A stretch of 64,000 nucleotides of DNA, taken from Podarcis erhardii (lineage: Eukaryota). The translations under genes and the position numbers were made by a program. The first letter of the stretch is position 1. Each line of letters starts with the position of its first letter. Below the pieces are notes generated by a model that searched no databases, was not told where the DNA came from, and saw only the letters and a program-made list of their open reading frames with translations. The stretch lies in assembly GCA_964252035.1 (NCBI GenBank), contig OZ176200.1; one strand, 5' to 3'. Below, piece after piece: positions 1 through 12,613 of the stretch.

Positions 1-309
1 CTTTGATTCCTGCCCAATAACACTTTAAATTGTCCACAATATTTCCCCTTCTTTTGTTCCATAGCTCTTACCAGAGGGTGGGGGAGGCGGGATCTAAAAG
101 GCCTGGTTCTTGAAAGCAAAATTATGGAAGTTACTGAAACTTGCATAATTCATTCTATTCACAGAACTTCATTTTAATTGGGATAAAGTTTGTAAAGCTC
201 CTTGTATCTGGTCTTCGGATATGCCTAGGTCCTAGTTCTTTTTCTTCTTAAGGAGCAGTTCAGCTTCTCAGGCATTACCAAAAAAAAAAAAAAATGTTCC
301 ATACAAAAC

Positions 310-315
310 TTTATT
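310..315 (-). terminator. DDB2: Candidate DDB2 polyadenylation signal (AATAAA)
   Basis: TTTATT on the + strand, about 620 nt past the DDB2 stop; use not demonstrated. Confidence 0.5.
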
Positions 316-936
316 GAATGTATCTCAATTTTGTAAATGAGGTGAACAAAACAAAATCCCAATAGCAACTGCTGCAATATAAAACCCAAGCCACCTGCCT
401 TAGTCTCAAACAGCCTCTTCACGAAGTCTGTACTTCTATACCTAGGCCACAAGCAGTTTATCAATCAAGTAAATGCTTCTAGCTTAACAGTTGCCTCACA
501 ACATATCTGTTTTGAGGAAGCAGTGCTGGGAAAGAACCCTTGAGAAGGGAAATTCTCACATTTTGAACTGGCATGGGAAGACAAACCCAGGTTGCTCAAT
601 ACACTGGAAGGGGAAATAGTGTGTTCTGAAAATGCAAACTGAACTGTCAGCATAGCCCAGTTCACTGCACTGTGCCATGTCCCAGACAGTTAAAAATCTG
701 CAAGTGTGCACAAATATGGTGCTCCTTTAATTGGGCCAAATGCATGTGAGTACTGAGTGTGGACCCATTCTTTGCTCTTAATAAAGGATTTTGAAACATA
801 CCATCCGTGATCCAGGAACATAACATGATCCAGAGAAGCTGGGTTAGGGTAAGGGCTTGCTTCTCTCTGAAGCCACCATTGCCTACCATGCCAGCACAGG
901 CTTTGCTCTAAATGAACACCACATATGCTTGCCTGA

Positions 937-1187
937 TCAGTCCTCTGAATATTTTCCGCTCTTCTTCTTCTCTTGTAATTTATGCTCTTTGCCCTTTGTT
1001 TTGGTGCTCTCTAATTCAAGACTAAATAGTTTAGTTTTAAGCTTGCTTGCGGTTGATTGTCTTTGGTTCTGTGTCCCCAGTCGAGATAAGTTTCTGCATC
1101 TCATTCCCTGCTCTGTCATGGACTGCATGAGACACTCCTGATTCTGGGTTACCATTTCCTCCCGACTCCAGACCAGAATATTAAAAC
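937..1187 (-). CDS. DDB2: DDB2 terminal coding exon (FNILVWSREEMVTQ...KKKSGKYSED*)
   Basis: Acceptor ttttctggcag|, phase 1, TGA at 939-937; ILVWS completes the last WD blade, followed by a charged tail. Confidence 0.9.
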
Positions 1188-1516
1188 CTGCCAGAAAAAA
1201 GTGACAATTGTAGGAATTCTGCTTTGGAAAGCAAAGTAAAAAGTACATTCTAAGAGCTCTGACCATTGCCAGCAAAAATAAAGTAATTGTTCACATGATG
1301 CTGACACAAACGCTTTGTTTATATATTATGCAAAAGAATGAAACTTTACTATCTCTCCTCTTTCCCCCATCTCTCTTCCCACTTTCTTTCCCACCAAACC
1401 CATATTGCCTGTAACTGTAATGTCTCACTCTGAATGTGACTGACCTGTATGAAGAAATATCTGACTTGAAAACAGAGACTCTGTATGTACTATTGTTACC
1501 CAAGTACATATTTTAA

Positions 1517-1531
1517 ATGATGATGATGATG

Positions 1532-1561
<30 letters not shown>
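1517..1561. repeat. Compound (ATG)n(ATA)n microsatellite
   Basis: Read directly. Confidence 0.9.
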
Positions 1562-1562
<1 letters not shown>

Positions 1563-2860
1563 ATCCAAGAGCTCAGACACTGTTTGCCAGACCCACTTAA
1601 TACTCAGCTACTAAAGTTTAATGGAGCAATTGGCTTTTGATGTTAGATCTACAAAGTCTCATTACAGGAACAGAATCCAAAGCAGTAGCTAACAATCAGG
1701 TATATCAGTAATTCATCTTTCCCAACACTTAACAGTACCTTTAAGTTAGACAGCTATGCCTGAGTATTTTTTTTATTTCATATTTTCAAACACCTCTTAA
1801 CACTTTATAAACCTCTTTAACACTTAAGACAGTTTCTTAGTGGTTTATAAAATTGTGTGTGTGTGTGTGTATGCGCCCCTGCAATTATATGTAGTATATA
1901 TATGGAGAGCAAGAGCGAGAGAGAGCAGACAAGGAAACAGAGAAACAACATTAAAATACAATACAATAAAATCCCCCAAAACAGACACAAAGTGGCAAAT
2001 TATAAAAGCATCTTAAGAGTCAATGATCCCTTCCCCCTTCCTTGACTCACAATATACAGCATTCATCTCAATGACACACACACATTACATCCGAATTCTG
2101 TCTTACATCTACTCAAATCATACATCTGCTGCTCATTCAGTATCACTCATTCCATTCTATTCTCACACATCCACCTGCTCACACACACAATCCACACACT
2201 AACTCCCACAATATCTCCCACTCAGTCACTAGTCGTCATCACCAATCACACTGTGCACTCAGCTAAAAATGTACTGCAAAAACACCAGAAGACAATGAAG
2301 CTATAGCCTAACTGAATCGTAGAAAATAACAAAACTAACTGCAACCCATTAATCACGCAGATTTACTGCTCCTAACAGCAATCTGCCTGTCACTCAGGTT
2401 GCAGTCTCCCACCCAAGACTCCCCCCACGCCTCCTTTCTTCTCGCCAAGGAATCCTGATACGCCATTTGCTTATCACCTGGTGTTTCTCCCCTGTCCCTT
2501 GCTCTCTTGCATGCCTTTATTATGTTGCCAAATAACCTCCAAGCAAGGAAGGGTCCACTTAAGATATGAAGCAGACTGCTGGAAACTAGCAAAAGTGTAC
2601 AGGTTCAGTCCACAATCCCTGGTAGTGTAACAGACAAAGGCACTGGTATACTGGTACTGCTAAAACGTTTATTTGTCCCAGGTGCTAGGTAAATTTACTT
2701 AAAGAATCCATATAACTGCCAAGGTTAAATTATTCTGGGCCTTCTGTCTTTTGCATTACTGCCTAAAAGGCCAATAGATGGCAGCAGTACTCTCCTTTCA
2801 ATAGACTGTTCCACCCTATCATTTCTAAGCTAAAGAACAAAGTAGTCAAGGGTCAAAGTA

Positions 2861-3331
2861 CCGTATTTTTTCATGTAAAAGACGATGCTTTTTGCTTAAA
2901 AAAAAAGGCAAAAATTGGGTGTCATCTTATACATGGATAATGAATGCAACAGGTGATTAATGGCAGCAGCAAGCAGGAGATTGGCAGCGGTGATTGGTGG
3001 TTGTGGCAAGGTCTGCTGGCGATTAGCTGCAGCAATTGGGAAGGCAATCGGTGGCTGTGGCGAGGCGGGTAGGCAATTGGCAGCTATGGCAAGTGGGCGG
3101 GTGGGCTGTTGGCGGCTGTGAGTGGGCAGACAATTGGCGGCTGCGGTGAGGTGTGCGATCGGCAGTGACTGTGGCAAGCGATCAGCAGTGGCGGGCAGAC
3201 AGGTGTGCAACTGGCAGAAGTGACCTCCCCCACCCCCCCAAAAAGCTAAACAACTTAATTTCTTAATTTTGAGTTAAAAAAAATAGGGGTCGTCTTATAC
3301 ATGGGGGCATCTTATACACGGGAAAATACGG
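2861..3331. mobile_element. Tc1/mariner-pogo type non-autonomous DNA transposon (CCGTA termini)
   Basis: TA|CCGTATTTTTTCATGTAAAAGACG ... CATCTTATACACGGGAAAATACGG|TA: imperfect TIRs with TA duplication; GC-rich repetitive interior. Confidence 0.8.
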
Positions 3332-3808
3332 TAGGTATGACGGACAGCAAGAGATTGCATGTGGAAATACACAAAACTGGCCCGTTCACATGCTAAGCAG
3401 GGACTGGTATCTTTAGCAGCAAGAGGATCCCACAGGAATGGGGTGATGATGAACTCTCCTCAACCTCATATTTTCTCTGTTTCTGGCTCGCTTCTGGTAA
3501 CAAAGCCAAGAAGGTGGCTGGAAGGTAAGGCATGGGATGGGTTCAGCACCACTCTCTCTTGTGCTTTTATTGTTAAAGTACCACCCATTCTTCTGTGTAT
3601 GTAAACAGTCTTAAAATACAACTTTTGTAGTTGTTGAGGAAAGGTAGGATAAAAATGTCCCAAATGAACATCTAGAAAGTGTTATAGGTATAGCCACAAA
3701 ATCCCACTCCATTGTCAGCATGCTTTTATCTGGAGAGTGCCTGATTGTTTTTATCTGGTGAGAACAGTGGTCCATTATCAAATGTGTAAGACTAAACCAA
3801 CCACTCAC

Positions 3809-3854
3809 CCATTCCAGAAGCCAGTGTGTCTCCCATAGGGTTGAACTTATTGAG
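3809..3854 (-). CDS. DDB2: DDB2 coding exon 9 (LNKFNPMGDTLASGM)
   Basis: Acceptor ttgcag|, donor G|GTGAGT; 46 nt. Confidence 0.94.
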
Positions 3855-4778
3855 CTGCAAATGTAAACACAATAATGCATTGTAACAGTGTCGGTTGTTC
3901 ACTTAACATCTTCAATCAAATAAAAAACCAGAACATTCTGGACAGAGAAATGCCCAGCACTGGATGTGGAAAGAGTTTTGCACAAATCAGCAGAGCTTTG
4001 AATAGCAGGTCTCTCCGCCATCCCCCACCTACGTTATCACGAGATGCATATGGTGACAAGAAGCAAAGGAATAAAAAGATTTTTAAAAGCCTCCTGCAGA
4101 AAATTAACTGACGGATCTAACCAGGAGCCTCAGTGAGCGGCTCTCATGAAATCTGGCTTAGGAAGAGGCAGCTCTGGCAACAGGAGATAAAACATTTCTT
4201 CCACCACAAGAATGGAAATGAACCTCTGCCTCAGAAACTGCATGGGCGCACAATTAAAATAGATTTTTTTTAAAAAAAACACCAGGGCTCTTGATTTCAA
4301 TTCTGAACATCTGGTGTGGAAATAAACAACTCAGGTATTCTTTCCCTCAGCCCACACACCAAATGAATTGACATGAACTTTGTTTATTGAAGTTTGGAGA
4401 CAGCTGTGCATCTCCTCATTTCTGGAGTTTAGGAAACGAAAAGCATGCCTCTGGAGGAAAGGGTGGGGCTATTACAGTAGTCTGTCCAGGCATTCAGTGG
4501 AAAGGCTGGAATTTGCAACATTGGAAATGGCTAATTCAGCAGCTCTTTTTTTTAAAAAAAGCTAAGAAAACCTAAAAGAAGAAAAGGAAATACAAATGTC
4601 TCTGCTACAGTTCACAAACACATTCATCAGTGGCAACAACAAAAAACCGATTCTGATGACCTTGACCCTGCAGTGGAAGGTGCCTCTTCCTCCCTGAGGT
4701 CTCCACACAATGTAGAAACTCTGACGGCTCTCACACTTCTTGCTGGTCAAGAGATACACATCAAATGCATAGACACAC

Positions 4779-4909
4779 AATCATAGAATTGTAGAGTTGG
4801 AAGGGACCACCAGGGTCATCTGTTCCAAGCCCCTGCAATGCAGGAATCTTTTGCCCAACGTAGGGCTTGAACCCACCACCCTGAGATTAAGAGTCTCCAC
4901 TGACTGACC
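4779..4909 (-). mobile_element. tRNA-head/CR1-tail SINE (POM/Squam2-like)
   Basis: Minus strand GAGACTCTTAATCTCAGGGTGGTGGGTTCAAGCCC head and GGTCCCTTCCAACTCTACAATTCTATGATT CR1-type tail. Confidence 0.7.
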
Positions 4910-5440
4910 ATACCTAAGTCATCCCACATGTACAGGAAACTTCGGAATGGGAAGGGGTCTCATCTCTGACCTTACACCATGCTTTGGATGATTCAGTAGC
5001 AGCAAGAAGCCTCCAAAGATCTCACAGGTGCAACATGGGGTCAGAAGTGAGACACAGAGGAAGGTCAGAATAATGGGAACCACAGATGCTGGCTACCAAG
5101 ACAAGCTAAAATGTGTGAAGCCCTGGCCACATCCAGTACAATAGGGCAGTCCAGGTTTCAGAGGATTTCTCTCCATTAGGCACTAGTGGTCCTACCAAAA
5201 AGTGGCAACACAGGTTCTCCCCATCCAAGTGAATTCCTGCTGTGAATATGTCTGTCCTTAAAAAATAGCTGTGTGAGAGTTATTCTTAAAGAGAAGCCCT
5301 GTATTGGAGGCAAACATTTGTCACAAGCAAACCCATCGATCAGTTGCACCATATAAGAAAATAAATAATTATTTCCCTAACCCTCCCACTTTTTTGGGGT
5401 TGGGGCACAGTAGCTCTTTGGACATGCTATCTACACTTAC

Positions 5441-5605
5441 CGAGATAATTCCAGATGCATTTGGATCGTGCAGCTGGCAAACCATCTCCCCACTGTTTCC
5501 ATCAAATATGTCAATGGTTCTCAACTCGCCCACTGTGTAGCTTGGGAACCTAGGGTCTGGGTAACGACCCACCACAATGAGGTCATAGCGAGGATGCCAT
5601 GTCGC
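5441..5605 (-). CDS. DDB2: DDB2 coding exon 8 ([18 protein letters not shown]...ASGIIS)
   Basis: Acceptor ttttag|, donor TCG|GTAAGT; 165 nt. Confidence 0.96.
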
Positions 5606-5702
5606 CTAAAATAAAGAAGAGGTGGTTAAGCAAGGTCAGTGCTAAACTGATACGTGTTACAGAGGACTAGGATGACGATGACAACAACAATCTTATCAAG
5701 TA

Positions 5703-6006
5703 CAGTGGTGCCTCGCAAGACGAAAATAATCCGTTCCGCGAGTCTCTTTGTCTAGCGGTTTTTTCGTCTTGCGAAGCATCCCTATTAGCGGATTAGCGGC
5801 TTAGCGCTATTAGCGGATTAGCGGCTATTAGCGGCTTAGCGGCTTAGAAAAAGGGGGGGAAAGGGGAAAAGACTCGCAAGACGTTTTCGTCTTGCGATGC
5901 AAGCCCATAGGGAAATTCGTCTTGCGAAGCTCCTCGAAAAACGGAAAACCCTTTCGTCTAGCGGGTTTTTCGTCTTGCGAGGCATTCGTCTTGTGGGGCA
6001 CCACTG
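5703..6006. mobile_element. Tigger/pogo-like MITE (TIR CAGTGGTGCCTCGCAAGACGAA)
   Basis: TA-flanked TIRs, repeated TTCGTCTTGCG subterminal motifs, internal TTAGCGG repeats. Confidence 0.85.
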
Positions 6007-6477
6007 TACTGGCATTCTGTGGGTCATTCAGATTCAGCTTGTACCCTTCACATGGGAGCAAACAAACTGCAGACCTTTCAAGGCATTATAATGTAGCAAC
6101 ATAATTTCCATAGGTTCTTACTAACCCTACCACTTGGAACTTGTGTACAAATCTAGGGAGACGTTCTGATTACAACTAGGTGCCACTGCCCTAGGATTCC
6201 TTCTGCCCAACCCTGCCATCAATAATGGTCTGCTGTCACTGTAGATTCCAGTCTAAGGTTGTATACTGGAATGCTTATTTATATAGATCCATAACCAGAA
6301 GCAGAATGAACCACTCTCCTCAATATCCTATACTTGAATCTATACATATAGAAAGAGCCTGTCCATAAGGCTCCCAGCAATTTTCCATACAGGAGCTGTA
6401 GGATGCTTTTCTTCTTAACTCTCTGCTCTCTGCATCAAATGGGCCATGCTCCCAGGTCAACACTCCTATTTCTTCAC

Positions 6478-6623
6478 CTTGATAGGTGTAAGGTGCTGGA
6501 ACTGCCGATGGGGATGTGAAATCAAATGCTGGGGTTTGGACCAATCAGAAGAGGAATAGACCCGGATTTCATTGTACTGGTCAGTACTCAGTAGCTTAGC
6601 CCCATCCGTTGGGCTGAAATATG
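6478..6623 (-). CDS. DDB2: DDB2 coding exon 7 ([22 protein letters not shown]...[13 protein letters not shown])
   Basis: Acceptor ccccag|, donor AAG|GTGAAG; 146 nt; contains the FQH hairpin. Confidence 0.96.
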
Positions 6624-7886
6624 CTGGGGAGGAGGGGGAGAAAACAGGAATATGTATAAATGTATTGTGGCCAATAACAAAATAACCAATGAAATATTAT
6701 ATTTATAGACATTGCAGCTATGATTACCATCTCACTATGCTTATTATTATTATTATTAGTCCTGTAGAAGAATTATAATAAATGTGTAATTGTTGAGTGA
6801 TGGTCTCTTCTAAAACAGACAAGAGCAACATTTGAATATGTCCTAAACAGCACCAGTTACAGACATAACTAGAATGTAACAAGCAATCTTATCTGAGAAC
6901 AAAATGCTGGATTTCCACCATAATCAACCAAACTATCTGCATAAATCCTTAAGTACCACTGATTTCAGTAGGTTATCTGTGTCTCTAAATTCAGTTTCCT
7001 TGGACTTAATTAAATAAATTCACACTGACTTCACTTTTAGCTTTACCAGATACTTTTTAAACAAGACTGAAAATGTGAAATGACAATTGCAGAATTTGGG
7101 GAGGCGGGGACTGGTTTAGAATTCAGTGATTCTGAAGTAACATTTAATATAAATCTTAAATATTTCACTTGGATATCTGAAAAATATAGTGTGGCCTGAA
7201 CATCTCAAGTTTATTTGGAATCTGTTTTCAGATGCCAAAATACTGATTGCAAGTAAATGGCCTAATCAAAGACCTCCTATGTTGAAGGATAGGGAAATCA
7301 TTACTATGATTTGGAATTTGGCTGAAAGATGTGCATTTATGAGATGGTAGACAATTCTTGTTACCCTTTATTTATGAACACAATTCAGACGTTAAGAATA
7401 AGATTTTATCCATGTTATACAAGTGTTGCAATTTTTTTTAACATGGAAAATAATAACTAAGCTACAACCTTCATTATTCTCTGTTGTTGTTTTTATCTTG
7501 CGGGGCTAACATTTCTATTAAAATTTTGATTTAAATTTTAGCAAGTCTATAGACACACCCTGTATAGACACACATTTCCTCTTTTTGACATGTGAAACTA
7601 TGACATGAATAGGACTAGTGTCCCGTCCGTCCCCCCCCGACATATCTTCCAATTTCCTTCACCACTTATGCCAAGGTTTGAGGGTACCTTATAATGTGAT
7701 TGTATCTCATTTTATCCAAACAATCTTGTGATGTAGCAGGACTGGCATTGACCTTTACAAGGCCAACAGTTGGTACAGTGAATGCAAGGTGGAAAGACAA
7801 AGGCATGTGGCACTGAGCTGAAACACGCACAAGCCAAGAATGGTTAGGTGGCAGAGTATAAGCCATGAGCCAATTTGCTATCTTAC

Positions 7887-8064
7887 CTGCATTAACGGGT
7901 TTATCATGTGGAAGTACATGAAGAGAACTTGACTTGTCCTTAATGTTTCTCAGATCCCAGATCTTTACTGTCTGATCCACAGAGGCTGTAGCTAAGAGCC
8001 AATCACAGTGAGAATTGAATTCCACGTGAGTCACTTTCTTTTTGTGCAGTTTCAGGTTCCATAC
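7887..8064 (-). CDS. DDB2: DDB2 coding exon 6 ([17 protein letters not shown]...[16 protein letters not shown]...PVNA)
   Basis: Acceptor ccgcag|, donor G|GTAAGA; 178 nt; WDxR motif (WDLR). Confidence 0.96.
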
Positions 8065-8537
8065 CTGCGGTGGATAAAACAAAAGCCAAAATGCATTACA
8101 ACTACAGAGCAAGAGATTTAGACATCAAACATACTTTTCTAGGAGATGGTAAAACCTCTTTAAAAAAAAAAATAATTAAAAAATAATGATGTGGAAGACA
8201 GGAGAATATATGCTTGTATTCTAAATCAGCCTAATAAAGACAATTCCAAATCTCTACCGGAGATCAAAGATTGATCTAAATAAGGAACTTCCAGGTTCTC
8301 CTCCTGGGGAATATGATCTCTGCAGTAAAGGAAACCTGTGGTTCTCCAGATGTTGTAATACTACAACTCCCATAATCCTTGATCATTGGCCTTGTTGGTT
8401 GGGGCTGATAGGAGTCCAAAATCATCCATGATATATATTCTAAGTCAGGGCAACATTAGGCAGATGTTAAAAATACCAAAAACCTATGTATGTCTGATCA
8501 AAGCAGGCTGTAAGGCAAAGAGGAGGGGCACACTAAC

Positions 8538-8637
8538 CTTTTCGCCCTCAGTACTGAGCAGAACTACGTTGCCCACATTATCACCTGTCGCCACAGTCCG
8601 GCAAGTTGCAGATACATCAACACTGCAGTACCAGAAA
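8538..8637 (-). CDS. DDB2: DDB2 coding exon 5 ([33 protein letters not shown])
   Basis: Acceptor tttttag|, donor AAG|GTTAGT; 100 nt, phase 2 to 0. Confidence 0.95.
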
Positions 8638-11600
8638 CTAAAAAAGAAAGAAGTACAAATTCAGAATGTTCATCCCCTACATGTATAACTAAGGTGGTTC
8701 TCTGTTCTTAGCAGAATGCACAAACAGTATTTGTATAAATAATGGAATCACAGCTGAGCTGAGCTGAACCCTAGTGACATTCTGATGTGGGATCAGTGTG
8801 GGATTATTTATCAAGTAGTGTAACAAAGCCAACAGGCATCACTTGGAAAGACCAAGCACACTCTTTAAAACATTCATAATGTGTATCGCATCAGTTCTAA
8901 GTATTTGAAATGAACACCAATTTTAAGTGTTGGGAAAGGGGTAGATAAGTTTGGAAGTCGTGAAACACAGGAACCCAAAGCTAGCCCAAGACACTTCACT
9001 GCCTGAAGTATAGGTCAAGATGGCTCACCACCATCACACACACACACTCCCATTCCATGGATACAGAAGCTGAGCAGAATGGCAGATGACTCTTATTTCA
9101 GCACTGGGGGTGAGACAGCGTCCACCACACTTCAGAGCAACAGGCTAGCTTAGGGGGCAGGAAATAGGGGCAGAAGGCAGACCTTGTGGCACACACTGCT
9201 CTTATAAGGAAATAGTTGAGGGGCTCAGAAAGTAGAGCAAGGGGCTTCTACTACTGCCCTAAAACATTTGCCAACATGTTCTGCCCAATGGTAGGGTTTG
9301 CCCTGCAAGTGTGAGAGCCAAGTTACACTTTCTGTGGTAGATGAGATTGCTTCTTATCTTTCACATGCCTTCCAGTGAACCTCCAGAATGCTTGAAAAAG
9401 AAACCCAGATCTAAACAAGCATTAGAATTCTATACGTTCCTCTTTCTTTGAGCATATTGCACGCTACCTCCCAGTACTAACTCCCTGAGGTGCAATTTAT
9501 ATCTTCATAGTTCCCCTTCCTGTATTACTTTGTTTTAATGGGAGGCGTGCAGCTGATAAACGTGCCTGCTATATGAAAGCAGACCTTATTGGCTCTGATG
9601 CACAGTCACACTCGCTGAGTTCGGGACAATAGGCAGTGTAAAGATAAAACCCCAGAACCTGTCTTGTTCACTCTTCTTTGAGCATACGTGACATGGTTAG
9701 AATGCTGCAGTTTGTAGAATTCCTACTGAAAAAGTTGTTTGCCTTCTCTACGTGTCAGGTGTGCTATACAGGGTATGCTATGCACCCAAGGAAAGAGGGA
9801 TTTCCAGGATCCTACTCAACACTCCATCAAGCAAAACACTACTCAAGTGCTCATGCCCACGAAAAAGCCGAACCGCTTCCATTTGCTATTATGCACAACT
9901 GTAATCATATTCCAATCCACATGATCAGAAACGTATTGCCTCCAGTAGGCCCGGGGAAACAGCCCAAGCAAATGCTAATAATCTGTCCTGGCACATTCAA
10001 AGGAAGGGTAAAGGAAATTTATGAGCTGAACAACGACACTGCCCTTCTCACTCCTCACCAAACATCATGGAATTCATGGTCACAGACTGGGGTGCGGGAG
10101 ATCACTTGCGCTGGTCGGCCCTCAAGGTGCTGTAGACTAAGGGTGCCATCCCCTGAAGCCACATAAAGATTTGCCGACTCAAATGGGCTGAATTTCATGC
10201 CTCCAAGAGAGTCTCCTGGGCCTTTCTGGAACACAGATGGGAAGAGGAGAGGAATATGCCTAAGTTACTGCGGAAGGATGGGAATAGGCAGTCAGCACAA
10301 CCTGGCAGAGATGCACTGAGTTCCGGCTCTAGGTGAATTCACACCTACCTACTTAATACTGAACATTGCACCTTGTACAGTACTAGCTCTGAACTAGTTA
10401 ACTTCTCAGATGCTGCATGCAAATTTCTTTCAGAAGTTCCACTTCAAAAATGTTGAGAAGCTATACAATATCCTCTTCAAAAGCACCAAGCAATTTTAAA
10501 AAAAAAACCTAAGAGAGAAACATTAAGCCATCTGTGTGCTAGTAGACTGGTTTATCAAGCTCCTTCTTGCGGAACTATTAATATTGACTTTCTACTCTTA
10601 CATTCTTCAACACTTCCAGTACCTATTTAAACACAGAGCAAACAAAGAACTTTGCAGAGCTAGGATAATTCTGAGGACAACATATAACATTATGTCTCAA
10701 GTCACGACACACACCCTCCGTCTTTAAACAAGTATAGTACTAAATATTCCCAACTGTGTATAGAAAACGCAAATAAGTTCTGCACCTTTATGATAAAGCC
10801 AGGCAACTTCCCACATATTAAAAAGTTCCCTTCAGCTACATTAAGGTTCCTCTTCTTCCAACTAAAGGATGTGAATGTGGCAACTGCAACTTGATGTCCC
10901 TCCACACCATTGAAAAACCAAGAATAAATTGGAACACTATTCCATCCTATTGAACCTCAGCACTGAAATTGTCCATTATATATTTCTTAGAAGGTATTTG
11001 TTCACAACTTCTCTGCAGCTGCATCCAGTGCATTGTTTATTTTACTTCTCAACAACCATTGGAGCTTCTGGAGATTCCATAGCGTAGAGGAAAGCTAATC
11101 TAATTCCATCAATCTTCGCTTTGCTGCATCAAAATGTGAAGACTTCACCCAAAAATTTATGTCACATTTATTCCTTTACACAAGGACCTCCATCTGTGGA
11201 GGGGTATAAAAATATTACATGAGGATATCCAAGCATGTGTCTGTTTTGCTTCTGATATATGCTTGAGATAACTACTGTGAGAATCAGGTTCCTGATGCCT
11301 GAATTGGGAGGAAAATAAAACACTCATGCAACCAAACCTACATTCAGGTCGACACAGATAAAAGTTTATTCACACATTCTTCCCAAAGCTGGTGTTAATA
11401 TCAGTATCAGGACAAAGTAACGTCAAATAAAGTGCTCAATGAAGTTTCAAGAGATCCTAAGATAGCTTAAGAACAAAAAATGTGAAGCTGGTAAGCATTC
11501 AAAATGAACCCAAAAACAAGGGATATGGTATCACAAGATGCTGACAAAATAAGGATGAAAAAAGAAGAAGAAAAGAAATCCTAATGTATCTCAGTCTATT

Positions 11601-12467
11601 GTCATTGAAGGCTTTCCTCAAGTGTCAAAATGAAAAGCAGCCTACAGAGATCTCTGTTAACAGCATCACTTATTTGCAGCTGGCAACACAGTTGGACTTA
11701 TTGTGGCAAGAATGTTTGTGAAGAGCCCACTTCATCAGATGCACCTCTTAATAACTTAAAGGTGCTACAAGGCTCTTTTTTGTGTTTGCTCATAATCCTA
11801 AACACTGGTGCCCAGAATAAATGTTAAGTTATAATACTGAATGTGTGTGTTTCATTTGTAAATATAATTCAAAACAAGCTTAGGAACACAATAAAATAAT
11901 TTCCACTCCTTTGTCACGTGCACAGGGGAGTTCCCAAACTACCAATCTCCTACCACATTTCCAACACTAATTTGTTCTGTTATGGCTCTTTATCTATCTA
12001 TTCATTACAGTATGTTTGCTATTGCTTGGGTATACGTCACATTTACAGACAGATCATGCACAAGTAAGGCAATAAATTCAATCTGATGCATTTGGGAAAT
12101 ATATCATTTGGGAAATATATCTCTGCCAAATGAGAAAGAACCCTTTAGGCAAAGAGATAGGCTTCTGCAAAATGATTCACTATGTTTTCCATAGCGATAT
12201 CAAATTGTACACTGTTTTCCTCCACATGGTTTTTTTACTTATGTAACCTGCCTAAAGGCCCAGTTTCAGGGGGCTAAAAGATAAAGTACATGATCAAAGA
12301 AAATAGTAGCGATTCAAGAAGAGCAAATCATTCACATTCTGAGTGAATAACTCTGGTAAGAACAGGGTGAGGGCCGACCCATGCCGAAATTACACCACTT
12401 CCTCTGTTTTGTTGCCTTCTAATACTAGAAGCAGTGAGAGGAGGGGAAAACTTTTATCACATCTTAC

Positions 12468-12613
12468 TCCCAGTTGTCGGTACTGGTGAAGACTCGAATT
12501 GTATTTCCATTAAAATCCTGCAGGGCAGTAGTTCCAGCAACTGATGATGTGTACAGCTCACTAGGGTTAAAAGGGTTAAACTTCATTCCTGTGATGGCCC
12601 CTCCAGTTCTCAT
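12468..12613 (-). CDS. DDB2: DDB2 coding exon 4 ([37 protein letters not shown]...)
   Basis: Acceptor ttatag|, donor GA|GTAAGA; 146 nt; translated by hand because it is too short for the ORF track. Confidence 0.95.

Noticed and set aside
3390-3530. Exon-like segment in the last DDB2 intron
   Set aside because: The DDB2 model is complete without it, and no matched acceptor/donor pair keeps the frame.
9440-10200. Possible LTR/Gypsy remnant and a 162-aa ORF in a DDB2 intron
   Set aside because: No convincing RT or integrase motif in a consistent frame, and no paired LTRs or TSD identified by eye; needs RepeatMasker.
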